Positions 15,101 to 29,400 of a stretch of 63,566 nucleotides of DNA are shown here, in pieces. Every line of letters begins with the position of its first letter. The first letter of the stretch is position 1. The notes beneath the pieces are model-generated. The model did no database searches. It saw only the letters and a list, made by a program, of their open reading frames with translations, and was not told the origin of the DNA. The DNA comes from Phoronis australis (Eukaryota; Animalia; Phoronida), in the NCBI GenBank assembly GCA_002633005.1, contig NMRA01000084.1:899267-962832 (forward strand), in the 5' to 3' direction. Position numbers and translations under genes: made by a program.

Positions 15101-17633
15101 TGGTCAGAATTTCTGCCAGTGTATCCCAAATTCAAGAGACTCTTGAACTGGAGACTTTTTACGGTAACAGACTTTTAAGAATTGTAATTGGAGATTGCTG
15201 TGTAGTTGAGATTTCTTAAAGTAAATGATCAGAAAATTATAGTGAATGTTATTTGCACAATTCATAGCAAAAACATATTCTTGAAGCTTGCTGAATGCGT
15301 GCTGATTCTGGCCATTTACTTAGCTCGATAATATTTAATTCAATGATGCTCAGGGTTCCTGTATCAGAACCATTTGCATGGTCCATAGACCATGTAGTGT
15401 GTGTTATGACAATTTGATCTTCTTGAAAATTTCACAGTGGACAAAATCTTTTATAGGCATCTTTATAAAAGATGACATGTGTTGATAAAGTACTTTCAAT
15501 TTTGTTTCAGCTGTGGATGATTTCGGTGCTAAGCCGTTCAACAGTCCTGCTGCTGCAGAAGACCCATTCGGCATGGGGAGTTTCAATCCCTCTTCCACAC
15601 CCCACGACATTGATAGACAGCTGCTTGAAATGAACGACATCCAGGTATTGCCTGTCTACTAACTGACTACTTTAAGACATGTGTTTGCTTGCATCGAAAA
15701 GTCCAAATAGGCACTCAGCTAAGTTCTCTAAGTGTTATGTAATGTGGATTGATTTGTGAAACCACTGGTTGTCTTTTCTTAATGGAGTTTTAATTTTACT
15801 ACTGAGTCAATTTTTGGCTTTGATACGAATTGAGAGTGAACTCTATGCTGAGTTCTCAATATTATTGCAAGGAAATTAGGAACTTTTCCTTAATTTAAGT
15901 CCAAAGTCCCTGCCATTGAAATAAGGGCTCGGTTTTTAGTCGTGTTTAGAAAATGTCATTTATTTAGTGAATGAGGAGCTCATAACAAAAATAAAATGCA
16001 GAAGATTAGGAAACTCGGTGGAGACCCTATTTGGGACTGCTTCAATCATGCAACCGAGCAATGTAGCCCTTACTAACTATTAGGGCTTTATTTTCTCACA
16101 AAACATTATGCATTGGCATGGTTCAACATTCCTAGCTTATTTGCTTCGTAGGGCTGGGTGATGCAACATATTATCCCAACGATAACCAGAATCAATTGAT
16201 GAATTCTAGGTTTAAGTGGTCCCTAGATTTGAGTAATAAACATGGTTTTTCAACCTGGGCTCACTGAAGTTTTAAAACTTGAATTAATCTACTATATTAC
16301 CATTTTATTTGAATCCAGAATTTATAAGACAATAGTTTAGACTGTCAAATAGTTTATAGTGTTCGCTAACCACATGTTACTTATGTGTCAATTTGCATTC
16401 AATTGCCAAATCAGGTGAGACAGCAAGATATTTGCATTCTGTTTAACATGCAACAACATTCCGGTAACTGTGAACTGGAAGGCTCCCTTTTGTCTTGGTT
16501 CCCTGAATGACTGAATGGTAAATTAAGTTAGCGCATCATATTCCCACGATGACTGCTGATTGGCTCGCACTGACTGCCATTTACGAGATGCATACGTCTA
16601 ATTGGCTTTTAGTTATCCAGTCCATAGCTGGTGAACATTTCAAGTTCGCCAACTTTGTGCAACATTCAGCTTGTAGATTGTAACTACGTCATTAGAAATA
16701 TCGTTCAAACTATGAGGCATGTTTTTGCGACTTAATCTCCTGTTGTGCCAATCTTAACGCTGAGGCAATTTCCCATTAAGAGGCATGGGCCTGACTGAAA
16801 ATGTCTGAAGTTTGTCTGTTGAAATTCAGACTTCAGCAAAGCCAGTACAGAGATTACTTGATAGTGATGGGCACAAAATAGCTACTTAATACTAGAAAAA
16901 CGAGCTTTCTGCTACAACTTCTTATTCAGTTGATAAAATTGATTTTTGTGGTATTGAGTATTAACTCTAAAAAAGTCTGCTGATGCCAGTCTGTACATAT
17001 TATTTGAAGGTGGTGGCTTTTCCAGTCCTGCGGAGATCTTGTGTGCAGTACTTTGAACTCTGCGCTGCAATGAATTGCGCATGATTACTGTGGTATTAAC
17101 AGTATGCTAAAATATTGTCAATTATGTTTTCCATGAAAGATATGTTGTAACAACTTAGGCTTTTTCCCTGTTCAAGTTACTTACCATTATAGTCATCATA
17201 AGGAAGAATATTTTTGGAAAAATATGAGGCCCAACTTGAGAAAGTGAAAAAACGGAAATTTTGTCAATTTTTCCTGAAATTGATGAGTTTTTACTGTACA
17301 TGGTTAAATGTATTTTTAAGATTTTTGTTAGCTTTTACTGAAGTACTGCATCACTGCATCAATTTTGCCCTTTCAATTGTTTCCATGGCAACAGCTGTGC
17401 CATTTGGAATTTAAGGTAATAATGTTTGCACTGTGAAGTGTGGGCTATTGTGCACTGCTCGTCATGTCTAGTGCGGACATTGCTCAGTATCTGCAGATAA
17501 TGCCTAGCAGCTTAATTTCAACTGTTTTGCATGCTGTAACCTTGTTATTCATCAGGCTGGATTTAGTCAAGGCTTAGCGTTCGGAACGTCTGAATTCTCC
17601 CTGGCCGAACTGGACCCGTTAAACCACACTTAA
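3142..17633 (+). CDS. GULP1: PTB-domain engulfment adaptor GULP1/CED-6 (multi-exon, 5' start not located)
   Basis: GT-AG exons with consistent phases: 3142-3206 ([20 protein letters not shown]), 3912-3983 ([24 protein letters not shown]), 5141-5239 ([21 protein letters not shown]..), 6721-6858 (..[23 protein letters not shown]..), 7245-7361 ([20 protein letters not shown]..), 7952-8056 (coiled coil), 10530-10607, 11487-11604, 13782-13865, 15511-15644 (EDPFGMGSF), 17556-17633 ([25 protein letters not shown]). The PTB motifs match GULP1/CED-6 as recalled. The first exon is entered in phase 1, so the ATG lies upstream. Confidence 0.93.
11136..11379 (+). mobile_element. Full-length tRNA-derived SINE with 13-bp TSD
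   Basis: A box (TGGCCTGGTTG) and B box (GGTTCGAGTCC); ATT/T-rich tail; TSD AGCTAAAGCTGGC at 11123-11135 and 11380-11392. Confidence 0.8.
14494..14723. repeat. Minisatellite, 38-bp unit x ~6
   Basis: TATTGCTTGAGATCATGTTTGGGGCGTACAGTGACCTC tandem copies in a GULP1 intron. Confidence 0.9.
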
Positions 17634-19868
17634 GCGTGCATGTGAGTTCTCCCAGCTTCCGACATTGTCATACGAGGTTTGTTTAATTGGAGGAGTGAGT
17701 TGCATGTCTGGCTGCACGCGCATTTTGTTTTTTATCATTCTTGTGCTTAAATCTGTTTTCAAGCAATAAACGCATTAATTGGCGCTTTGCGGTGTAAATG
17801 CAGAGTACCGTAGTTATGCGTTTCTTTCCTCCATGCCCCTGTAATGTACAGTACAGTTTACAGACATTTCGTTGAATCTGCATGCCATCAAGTTAGATTC
17901 CCACTGTTTTGCAGCAAATAATTCACTCCTAACTTTCCAAAGTCTCCAAACATCCGTGAATGAAAGAGATTGCATTCCGTCTCTGTCAACTCTGCCGTCT
18001 TGCAGATGAGAATTTGAGATTGAGTCAAGCAGCAGTCTCTGTGTTGGTCACACAATGCTAAAGAGTTCTCCAATGTTTGGAATTATGGGTTGCCCCATAC
18101 TGTTTTCCAGACATTTTGGCTTCACCTCATTTTCACCCATTTGACAAAAATATTTGTTAACTGTGCTGCATGAAACTGCAGCATTGCCAAGTTGATCAAA
18201 TCAAACAGTTATCAAGTGAATGGTTTTCTATAAAATTCAACAGTTTTGAAACATCCTTGGATAAATTGTACAGTCTTCTTGATTTTTGAGTGAGCGAATA
18301 AAGGTAACAAAAGGTCTCAAAAGTAAATTTAAGGTAGATTGAATGTAGCTGGATGCGTTGCTTCCACAACTTAATTTCCATGTTATTGGCTGCACTTTCT
18401 TCACTCTCCTGACCTATGAGTCATCTTGGTCAACCAGAAGACCTCTGATTGGTTGGTTGGTGAATGGCACGTCATCACTTACCGAAGGCCTTTGAAGGTT
18501 GACCCAGCATCTGTCAGGAGGGAATCGAGTGAGGCCATTGTGAATATGCTCAGTATGAATTAAGGATTTTCAAAGATGGAATTTAAGCCCAATACAGTAG
18601 AAATCACTTAAGTCTGACATGCAAAGTCGGATCTTCAGATAATTCATTTGTTCTATTTAGATTAATTCGTATACTTTACCTTCACATACAATGTTGGATT
18701 TCGCCTTACTCGGATAAAATGTCTCATTCCGGTTGGATCTGGCTTAATTAGATACTGATTTGATGATGGCTGAAGGCATCTATTATTGTACTTTTTAATT
18801 ATCTATGAGATGATGTAGACAATTTTATACTTATTTCTTTTTAATTCCTAGCTCTTAGCTTGAAATTATTTTTTTAATTTGCCATCATTTTCAGCACGAG
18901 GTCGAGGCTGCAGGCTGGCCTTGGAATGTCTTGCGCGAGGAAACAATGGGTGATGGCTTTGACTATGATGAAACTGACATGATTCTGTCAACATGAGCTG
19001 AGAAATATCTGATGTACAAGACCGTATTGCCGATATGTATCCGGGTGCTTGCGCAATAAAAACACTACACCAAATTTGATTGCAGTCAACGCTAATTGAT
19101 TTGCACCAAGAATCAAACTGCCAGTTTTGTTCCATCTTGGGTCAGATTTAAAGTTGTAACATGGATTAATGCAAGAGAGCATATGGATGCCCCTCTACTG
19201 TAAAATTGAACAAGTTGTTTGTTGTGTCATATTCATCAAGTCATCATGATTTTGAAGTACACTTAACTATGCATTTAATTGTTACGATCAATGTCCTCTT
19301 AGCTTTTGGTGTTCTGTCTTGTCTATGCAGTAAATCTTATCTTAAATTCCTTTCTGAAAAGAATCTAGCATTGTGGGCCAGACGCTTTGTTCATGCTGCA
19401 TAAAGTAACTAAGCACCGTGTTAGTTCTATTGGAAGATAAATATACATTGGGGCACTGGTTACTGGTGGACTGTAGGTGCTGCCCAATTATTCAGTTTGG
19501 TATGTTTATCACACCTTAACTGCAGCGTCTCCAGTAGATGTATACGTGCAACTAAATGCTTCATCAAATGGAGGATATTTCTTACAGTTATAAGTGAATT
19601 CTTGATGTTTTGTGCGAGTGTTTCGTATCTGTCAAGTTAAGCAGAATTTAATGTCTTCAGGTGCTACGTGATTCGTGAAAAGGCTGTCATGTACTTTGCA
19701 ATAAGGAGAGAGTTATATATTACAAGTTACATTATATTGAATATTTAATATATACTCAGTGGTGATATTTCCATGCTAAATGGTGGCCTGGACATCAGAT
19801 TGTGTTTGCCAAAGTATTTACCAGATTGTGTAACAAGTGGTCAGGTGGGGTCTGGATACACACTTTAA

Positions 19869-20353
19869 GGTTGTGTGGGACCTTATTGACAAGTCCTTGT
19901 ATTGAGCCAAATGTCTACAATAATAGAATATTACTCTTTAAAGGTATTTAAGCAGAAAGTCTGTAGAATTTATTTTTTTTACTTTATACCAATGTGCCTT
20001 GAACTTGGTAATGTGGCCATGTTTTTGTTAGGATTTAGGAAAAGGTACTTGTATAGCAAAACAACGGTATCAGTGACATCCAAATAAATGTTCAAAAACA
20101 CTGTTACAATTTTCGAAGTTGACACTTTGTTTTCACCTCGATTTCTACAAAGAAATCACAAATCACATAAGTCCAATTTTTTATAGCCCTATGCAAAAGT
20201 GGAATACATTTTAATGCTAACAACTCTTAACAGCATTTTTGAAAGCACTGTATCAAGTACATGTGAAAGTTTCCTTTGAATTTGATAAGCCATTTCTGAG
20301 ATATGTTCCGGAGATATCCAACTTTCAACATTTTTCATTGGTTACACATAATC
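19869..20353. mobile_element. TTAA-flanked ~480-bp MITE; related copies at ~4408-4853 and ~22343-22800
   Basis: TTAA|GGTTGTGTGG..TACACATAATC|TTAA; the internal block GAAAGTTTC.TTTGAATT.GAT..GCCATTTCTGAGATA is shared by all three copies. Confidence 0.5.
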
Positions 20354-20923
20354 TTAAATGCTTCTAAACTAACACTCATTGCCATACTTTAAAAGTCCGG
20401 TGTCCAAATGAGAACGCAGGTAGTTATTTCCGTGTTTTCCTGACGGTGCAATCTGAGCGTCGAGCATCCTGATGGCTGCATGCTCATTTTCACTATTGAT
20501 ATCTGATATGCATTACACCACTCTTCATTTGTTTTGTAATTACTGTGCTGTGTCTAATTTGAGTGTTTTTTATGGTTTTTGATGACTGATTGTACACTTT
20601 TACAACATTCTTTCAATCTATACTTTAGTAATTGTTATAATTCTGAGTCTGACATGTAGCTCCATTCTAATGTTCATTTTGGCATAACTGTAAAATATAT
20701 CTAAAGGGCTTAATTGTTATTTGGTAACAATATTGTGACAGTTCATATTATGTTTACCACGGAATAACATTAAAATGATAATGCTTGTAAAACCTTGCTG
20801 TTCTCAAAGATGTTCAATATATTTATTGCACATGTATTTATTTTAGTGATATTGAAATGACTTGACAACACTTAAAAATAATAAAAACAGTCTGTCACAT
20901 GTTGACTGAGATAAGATACTATA

Positions 20924-21089
20924 CAGGCCTGGGGCGGATCCAGGATTTTTAGTTGGGGGGCCAGGGCACAGTATTAGCCAGGATTTTGCCTGTCAGACAT
21001 TCGCACTCCCCAACTGCCAAATGGAATCAGAGACAATTTTAGGGGGGGGGGGGCATGGCCCTCTTGGCCCCCCTCTACACCCACCACTG
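20924..21089. mobile_element. 166-bp MITE, CAG..CTG ends, 5-bp TSD CTATA
   Basis: CTATA|CAGG..GGCGGATCCAGGATT..CCACCACTG|CTATA; inverted homologue of 34832-34998. Confidence 0.7.
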
Positions 21090-24000
21090 CTATAGAACAT
21101 CTAGTGATTTCTACAATATATAGGGTTTAATGCAACGTGTATTTCAAACAAGTGACTTGACCAAATAGAATGTCAATGGACAAAATCAGACAAAACGTAA
21201 GGTGGTACTAGTCAAGTGAACAAATAAATGAATGGGAAGGCAACTCAGCATAATGAAAACTGATGAGAAACTGAATGAAGTCCTTACAGACACTGGTCAG
21301 GACTTCTAGACAATGAACACTATATGTACACACTTGTTACCAATCAAAACACCTGAAACCTGCTCAATGTCAAATGCACCAATTAACAAATGGAGCACGC
21401 ACTTCAGGAACAGCTGTGACGCACGCAAGTTTCTGTAACCCCAATCTTTTGAGGGTGTTAGCTTGGCATTCCAAGATGGTGTCTGTTAGGACTAAATTTT
21501 GAGGCAATCACTGAGCAGTGGCAACGATTCTAAACAGTAAAGGTTCCTGAAGTACCTCATGATGTCTACAATATTATTGTAAGATGCTATTGTAGTAAAT
21601 TTTCTACAGGAAAAAAAAAATTAAATGAAATATAACCATGGGGTTACATTTTTTGCTTTCAGTGAGCTCGTGACAGTCACACACAAACTTACACTTCTAA
21701 CACTTATTCTTATAACATTTTGAATTGAAAAAATGTTGCCCATGAAAATGACAGTTCGTAAATTGATTTGTGGACAAAAGCCTTTGTAGAAGCTATTTTG
21801 GAATAGAAGTTCACGACTGTAACATCGTTGAATAGCAGGACTATCTACTTGCCACAAGCAGTGGGTACGCATTCCCTTCAATAAGCTCAAATGAAAATTA
21901 ATAAAAGTCACAAAAAGTAAAATGATGGCAAAGCCATATTGCACCATGAATTTAACTACGGATCTGAAACAACAATATTGCAAAAACAGTGTTGTATAAA
22001 GCACCTGAGAATAGAGAGACAGCACAATTTGTGTGACGAATACATAACCTAGCCCACTTTAGCATGTGTGTAGTGAGGAGAAATCGTGAACATCTCAAAA
22101 TTCAGCATAAGATTAGGGTAAAACCTCACTAATTTAGGACAATATAGTGAACAAAAATGTTTACCTTGCTTCTACATATTCAAGGTTTGTACCACTAGCT
22201 ATTTTTTCATTGGTAATTGTAGCAAGTCTAGACTGGAATGTGTCAATCCTTTGGCTGGGTGCTTACCGACAAGTTTAATAATATCTATACAATGTATACT
22301 TAACTGGCTAGTGCATTGGTGAGGCGCTATTTTTTGAACAAGGGTATTATGTAGGCCCTTATTGACAAGTCTCTGCATTCTGCCAAATATCTGCAAATTA
22401 CTAACAATAAAATTGTACAGTGTATATTCTATTTTATGAAAAAAGAAAGACTACAATTTGATGTTTGACTGAAAACTGCCACTGATTAGGTCATTTGACC
22501 ATGTCTTTTAAATACAATTTAGCAAAAAAAAAATGTTCCCGACCAAATCTCAAAAAAGCTACCACATCAGAGTTTCCAAAATATTCATTTCATGCAACTC
22601 AAGTTGAGGTTTTATACAAAATGTAAAAGACCTATTCCTCCACAGCCTCTCTTGCAAAAGTGGACCATTTAAAACATTCTGATTTGAAGAACAGTTCATA
22701 AACCACAGTGTGTGAAAGTTTCATTTGAATTGGATCTGCCATTTCTGAGATACAATGGTCCGCAGTTAGCCAAATTTGAACTAGGGCTCTACATATTCTT
22801 CACAGAAAGAAAACTAAATCACATGCCATGCCGTAAATTCTTTCATTCTACCTAATTATCTATATATTTAGAAATTTGGAAGCTACATTTCTGGTCAGCC
22901 AGTTAACAAAAACATTCATCTGCGGTAAAAATTCTTCAGATTGTTAGAAAGGTGAATTTTCATTGCATCAAATTTGTCAACAAAAAAGTTGTCATGAAAA
23001 TTTACTTTGCTGTTAGCACGGGTTGTGTGGCACAGCTATTGCCAAGCAACATTTAATTGTTAATATTTCAAACATTTGCAACAATGTAATAAGCCTCTGA
23101 AAAAGAGAAATGTGGAACTTTCAGCAATTATTTTTGTCCCTAATTGGATACTTTTTACCATACTACTGACAATCACAAGCTCATTTTTATAGGCACACAG
23201 ACATGATTTAATCATGTAAAAATCGTAGTTTGTGACAGTGAACCTACTACAAAGAAATCAATGACCCTCACTTGATCCGTACTGTAACTGTATAACATTA
23301 GCAACTCTTGCTCATAATAATAACTGACCCTTATAATAAATGTATTCATAAGAGACAGACAGCTAAAAACAGCTGTTGTCTCAAGTGAACGATAGTGTGT
23401 GAAAAACAGACAAAAATTGAATGAACAAGCTGTTAGTTCATGCAATTGTTCCTGTCGTCATATGAGCTGTCAGCTCAGCAAAATGTTCACTTGAGGCAGA
23501 CAGCTCAGCTTGTAGCTCTCCATCTGCGGTCGGCTTTAAATGTTTAAAGCAACAGTCAGCACACATTTAGATGTCAAAATATAAAACTGAGATAAATTTG
23601 TTTGAGATGACTAAACAAATACCAAATGATATCCTTACTATTTGCTATTCAGAACTTGAAGCATGGCTGTCAGATCTCTTAAAACAACAATACGGTAACC
23701 AGTCAAGGACATTTCGGGCAGGCTCTCAAAAAATTTAGGGCTCATTATATCTTAAGAGTTGAACCAATCAGATTCAGAATCGTACGCTTTAGTCAGCAAA
23801 GTCTTGCTATACATTAATGATGACCGTAATCCTAAGACAAACTGACAGGAAAATACATTTATAGGAAACTGCCGTCGATAAAGATTCTGCCTCATCGTGA
23901 ATAATGTGGTCGACTGATTTCAAAAACTAGCTTCTTCTAAATAAAATGGCACATGGGTATCAGATCCAAACATCGTGCGTGAAAGCATGAAGTTCTATTC

Positions 24001-25947
24001 TTGACACGTACATATTTATCAGAATGTCACAATACCAACTTAAAGAGTAGCCACACAATGTTTCTCGCAAGACTACAGCTGATTTCCAGGCTTTGGAAAG
24101 AGAACAGGTTGTACCTTTTTGGACTGAAGTCAATTAGCTGGCCATACATGTAAAAGGTTTCGACCACTTATGCAACAAAAGCAACATATCTGCTCACAGG
24201 CTGCAAGTAGCTTAGCACCTTGCAACAACACTAGATGGATTTCTTGCTAAATGACCTTGAAATTTTTGTGGCTTTAAACCAAAGGTGCTATGATCCCAGC
24301 TTGTGTAAACAATGAACAATTACTTTAAATTAAATTAAAGTTGCTTTAATAGCGGATGTGCAAATCTGCCATCTTGAATTTGCCGCCGCAGTTGCATTAT
24401 GGGAAATGTATGCCTCTATCGCTGGACAACTGATTGTGTACAGTGTTGCCAGGTGTTGTTGTAACGAATGTTTAGCACAAAAGCAGTCAATAAAGTTACT
24501 TTATTTGAATTCTTATCCAAAAATTAACATTAAATGAATAACTAGTGCAGGAAGCATGCAACTGTATTTTATTATAGAAATGTTGTGGAATGAATAAAGT
24601 CAACGTTGCCGCACTTCACCTCTGTCGACTGTGACTCCGGGGCTCGGTCCTGAATCTCCGTCAGGCTCATACTCATACTCGAGATTTCATACTCCACTCA
24701 AAATCGTGCTCACTGGAGTCGTAGGCCTACTCGAAAAAGCGTATTTAATGTCACATTTCGAGTAGACTCCAAATGCGAACTCAAACCTGAGAATCATACT
24801 CGAGTTGCTATGGAACTCTTAAGTCGTGATGTGAAATGCAAAACCACAAAAAGTCGCGCTGATTCAGCACTCCCTATATTCGCATCGACTACCCTAGCAA
24901 CTATGTTATCGTCAACTCTTGCTACAATTACAGGAGTATAACGTGGAATGCTGAGTGTTCTGTAACTGTTCAATACAATATTCTCCTACCATTTCTCGAT
25001 ACATTTGCCATACATTAAGCTTTACTTCTTGAGCTCCTTATCTACCGCCGGAAAATGTCGACAAGAAATTTGAAACAACTTATCAAAGAAAGTCAGTCGG
25101 CCGGAGCGGAGCAGCCAAAATCTCAGTGTCTGATTTAGTCAGTGGTCATTCTCCCTGACCTACATTTGACTCATTACTCCTAAAATTGGCATGGTCACAC
25201 CAACGATTGACGGCATATTGAAATCATATTTTTCATTAACGCAGTGGTAGGCCGGTGACCCTGGTACGGAGTTGGGTACCATATCACAGGCCTGCAACCA
25301 ACATTTGTAAGGTACAGTTCAAATTGCACATTTTCTTTGACGGGAGGTCGAATTTCAAAAGTTTGTACCTTAATTGCCAGCGGTGGTGTTCTTTTCTAGT
25401 AAACCATTTGTCCACGTCAGCACAAAACTCCGAGTCGACATTTGGGCCGCAGTTGTTTTGTTACTGGTCAACCCCTGTTCTCTCTTGCATAGAACCCATT
25501 GACGTGTAGGCCTATGCTGATGTCAAAACTTTGATACTGCATCTTTGCATTTTACCGGGAAGTATCAAGTTAGCTGACATTTGGCACGTGAATTAAAAAC
25601 ACTTCATGTAGTACACTATAGGCAGGCATTCAGAGTTCATCAGTAACGGGACGAGACGTATACTCATAAATTGGCAAAAAATCTGGAATATCATACGGGA
25701 TTGAAGAATTATTGATGACTAAACTATTATGTGAAATCTGACAGGGGAGCAAATTGTTTTCATTAACTTTCCTTAGGAAACCGTACAAACCGTTGCACAC
25801 GCACTTCAATCAGAGCAATCCCCACCCCACAGCTGCTTTTGACCCTTGTAATGACTCGTCAACATGGGATTAGCATTCACCAGTTGCCAGGAATAGTAGT
25901 AAGGACTTTAAAAATTTGCGGCAATGAAGTGCGGTGAGTATGAAGTG

Positions 25948-26010
25948 TGAGTCTGAGTATGATTCGAGTCTGAGTATGATTCGAGTCTGAGTACGATTCG
26001 AGTCTGAGTA
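25948..26010. repeat. 17-bp tandem repeat x ~3.5, probably subterminal repeats of a decayed DNA transposon (~24660-26031)
   Basis: TCGAGTCTGAGTATGAT units; inverted ATACTCGAG/ATCATACTC motifs at 24665-24805. Confidence 0.5.
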
Positions 26011-26488
26011 GGGAGATTGGTGAATGGTGCCAGGTAAACTATAAGCACATGTCTTGGATTGTACAAATTTTTAAAATTATAATTTCAAAGATACTGAGAA
26101 TTTGTAAAATATTTTTTCTAGTCTTAATTAAACTGAAAATGGCAGCTAAATATAATAATCTCTTCTGTATAGGAACTCTCACACTGCTGCTAGGCATACA
26201 AACTATCCCAGAATGCAACAGAGAGGAACTGGTGTGGGGCACGCGCATTGAGATTTGCACATTTGCTATTGTCATTATAAGACTGGTCGTTAGCTTGATC
26301 CTGACTCAGACTAGACATGCTTTTATAACAAACATGTTGAAAATATTTTTAGGTGGAAAAAAGAATTTTCCTAACAGGTTAGAACAATTTTACATTTAAA
26401 ACATGAAATTAAATTGCACTCAAATTTAACATCCGAATACCCAAGGAATGATTAAGTAAACCTGTCACAACATATGCCTTCATCTCTG

Positions 26489-29400
26489 CTATAAGTCCAG
26501 CTTGTGGATCTTCAACTGGTGTCGACGGAGACTGGTCTGCCACCTGAATGAATTACCACAGAGGGTGCAGTCAAATGTCTCTCCCAGATGGCTATGACGC
26601 ATGTGACGGGACATGTTACCCTTGGAAATCCACTTTCCACAAACCTCGCAGGAAGCTAAATAAAATTAACAGAACAGTTTGTATCATGGAAGGGGCAAAT
26701 CACTAACATGACGATGAGAACGGTAAAGTTTCTTTAAATTAGAACAATATGTTGAAACAGTAAAATTTTATTTTATCAAAATTTTGAACAAGAGTAAGCA
26801 AGAAGAAAATTTCATATAGTACGACTGTTATCAACAAATAGAAGATGAACTTTTGAACATTTTGGCAATACACTGAGCATTTGAAAAGTCGGAAACTGAC
26901 AACTTGGGCCATACTTTTTGTTCAAATTTCAGGAAACATTTCCGTTACAGCACAAATGATATGTTAAGTTTTAAAGACTGGGGAACAGTCAAGTCACAAA
27001 TCCACTTCCAAAAAAAACACCTGCAATAATCAGTCTTGCATTTTTAAACTGATACTTTTGTCCACAATAAAATACAGTAAGCCAAGACAGGAGTGGGACA
27101 CAGACCATGACAATAACAAGAAGCGCAAATCATTTTACCACAAAATTCAGCCGTTTTTATTAGATTCCTTTTGAGAAAATAACAGATGCTGCTCTTAACT
27201 TAATTTTCTTCAATATTTTTAAACTTTATTTCAATGAGTATGGTATTAGAAAGAGTCTTCAAACTTCAATGAATGGGAAAATTTTCCAAATATCCCAAGA
27301 TAATGTCCCTACTTCAAGAAATTTTAAGACAAATTTTCACGTAAAGACAAAGCTGCAGGCGGCATCGTGTCAACAGAGGTGAACTAAGATTAAACTTATC
27401 ACATGCGTGGGACCAGGTATTGGTCAAAATATCCTGTTGTCTGCCTCAAGATTTATAAATGATACCAGGTGTCATACAACCTTGCAAAAGAAGGCAGTGG
27501 ATGACGAAACATCGCTTTAAATTCTTCACAAAAGAATCAGACAGCTCCATTTGAGATGCGATGCTGTACCACGCTCTCGCTACTCAGAAGCAAGACATGA
27601 TCCATACTACGTGCAAATGGAGACTGCAACTTCAAAACTTTAGTTACGAAATGACCAGTATATAAAATATTCAGGTGTAACAACATTATGAGATGTAAAA
27701 TAATGAAGATAGGGGTAAGCAATATGCAGGTGGCTTCTAATTAGATAGGCCCAGCTTGAAGTCCTTCACATGATTGCTTCTCTTGCAATTTCCAGTATTT
27801 TAGTTTCATGTGGGTAAGAACTTTCGTGTTAAGGTAAGAATTCTTCAATTTGGAAAAAAAATGATCGCTAAAAATTGATGTTTTACAAGCTTTTAAAAAT
27901 TTAGTGCTGCAATGATGCTCAAATTTGTATCAAATGTTGATGAATAACAGATGTACAGTACAAACAAGTAACATTTTCTTTACTTTGATTATTGTACACA
28001 AATTTGACAAAAATGAAATAAAATTCCCCTTTTCCGTCGCATTCGTCCTAAACTAATTGTTTTGTCATAAGCATGTCTCTGTTTTCACATTCTCGTGTAC
28101 TCAAAGGATAACAAAACCTCAATATGTTGCATCTAGCTATATTAATCACCTGCGTCAGACTGACTGCTTTGCTTCTGTGGCCCATCTGTATCTGAGTGTC
28201 TTGCTTGAAGATGGCTTCTGGCGCTTCTTCTTGAACTGAGATAACAAACAAACAATAACTTAAAAAACTGATTCGGTAAATACTCTTTTTGCTTCGTTTC
28301 AGTAAGAACTTCATCAAAGGAATTTGAATGCGAGACAGTCTAGAATATAAATGTCAATGCGTTTCCAAATGATATTCTTTCAAAATGTAACCAAATGTTT
28401 TGAAATTAACGAGAACTAAATACAGAATTTTCAAAACAATTTTTCAATTTCAGGTGGCGCACCAACAAAATGACAACCACAGTTCACCAGCACTGAACTT
28501 CAGTAAACATGAAAATACATGAAAGACTGTAGTTTTCAAATGGTTCCTATTTTAGTGACACATTATTTTAGTTGATGGAACTCTTTTGTCTTCTAAATTG
28601 TTAAAAATAAAGAGTCAATGTCTTCCATAAAATGATCTATTGAGTAATTAAGGAAAAATTCAACCACTCTCTTGTTTTTTACAACCTAATTAAAATCTGA
28701 CAGTTTCATTCTACATGCAGTTAAAAAACAGCACCTTGATGACAAAGGCGCGATCTAGGGACTTAGGGTGTCAATACTCCTTAAAGGCAAAGGCAACCTT
28801 TTCCATGTCTTTTTTAGCAAAAATGATGTTCTTTGGTTATCCCAGACATATTTTCCACTTAATTACAGCTTTTTGTAATTTAATTAATTATTCGTTCTCT
28901 ACTCCAGAAGTGACGTTTTGGGAGGCAAGAATTTCGCGCCAATTTCTTTTCATAAAATCTGACTGTAAGAGCTGCTGAGTCGGTTGTTGTTCTACCTCAG
29001 TTGTGATAAGTTCGGTCGTCGTTTGCTTTTGTTTACGAGTCAGTCAACATGCCACACTGTTGCTGCATAACGGGAGGAACTCATTATCGTCTCACGGACA
29101 GAGGAACAACTGTCCCACTTGCCCGAGTGTCCCACGACACACTCCCGCTGGATAGTGACCTGAGCACACAAACTGCTTACCCCCACCATTTGACTCCCTC
29201 ACCACACACCTGGTACCTTCTAAATAGCTCCAATACTTTAGACAAGTCTACAATAAACTTATCAAAGTTTGGCTCACCGATCTGTTCATTGAACGACGAA
29301 CTGTACTCTTCACTGGGCCTGTATTCACTCCCACTACTCAACACCGCAGCAGGGCTGCTTACAGGCTCTGGGCCATGAGTACATTCCGGTACGCAGCAAC

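Noticed and set aside
22166-26462. Possible 3'UTR intron or extra exon of the zinc-finger gene (donor 26462, acceptor 22390)
   Set aside because: Only generic splice-like dinucleotides support it, the candidate exon overlaps a MITE end, and there is no coding support.
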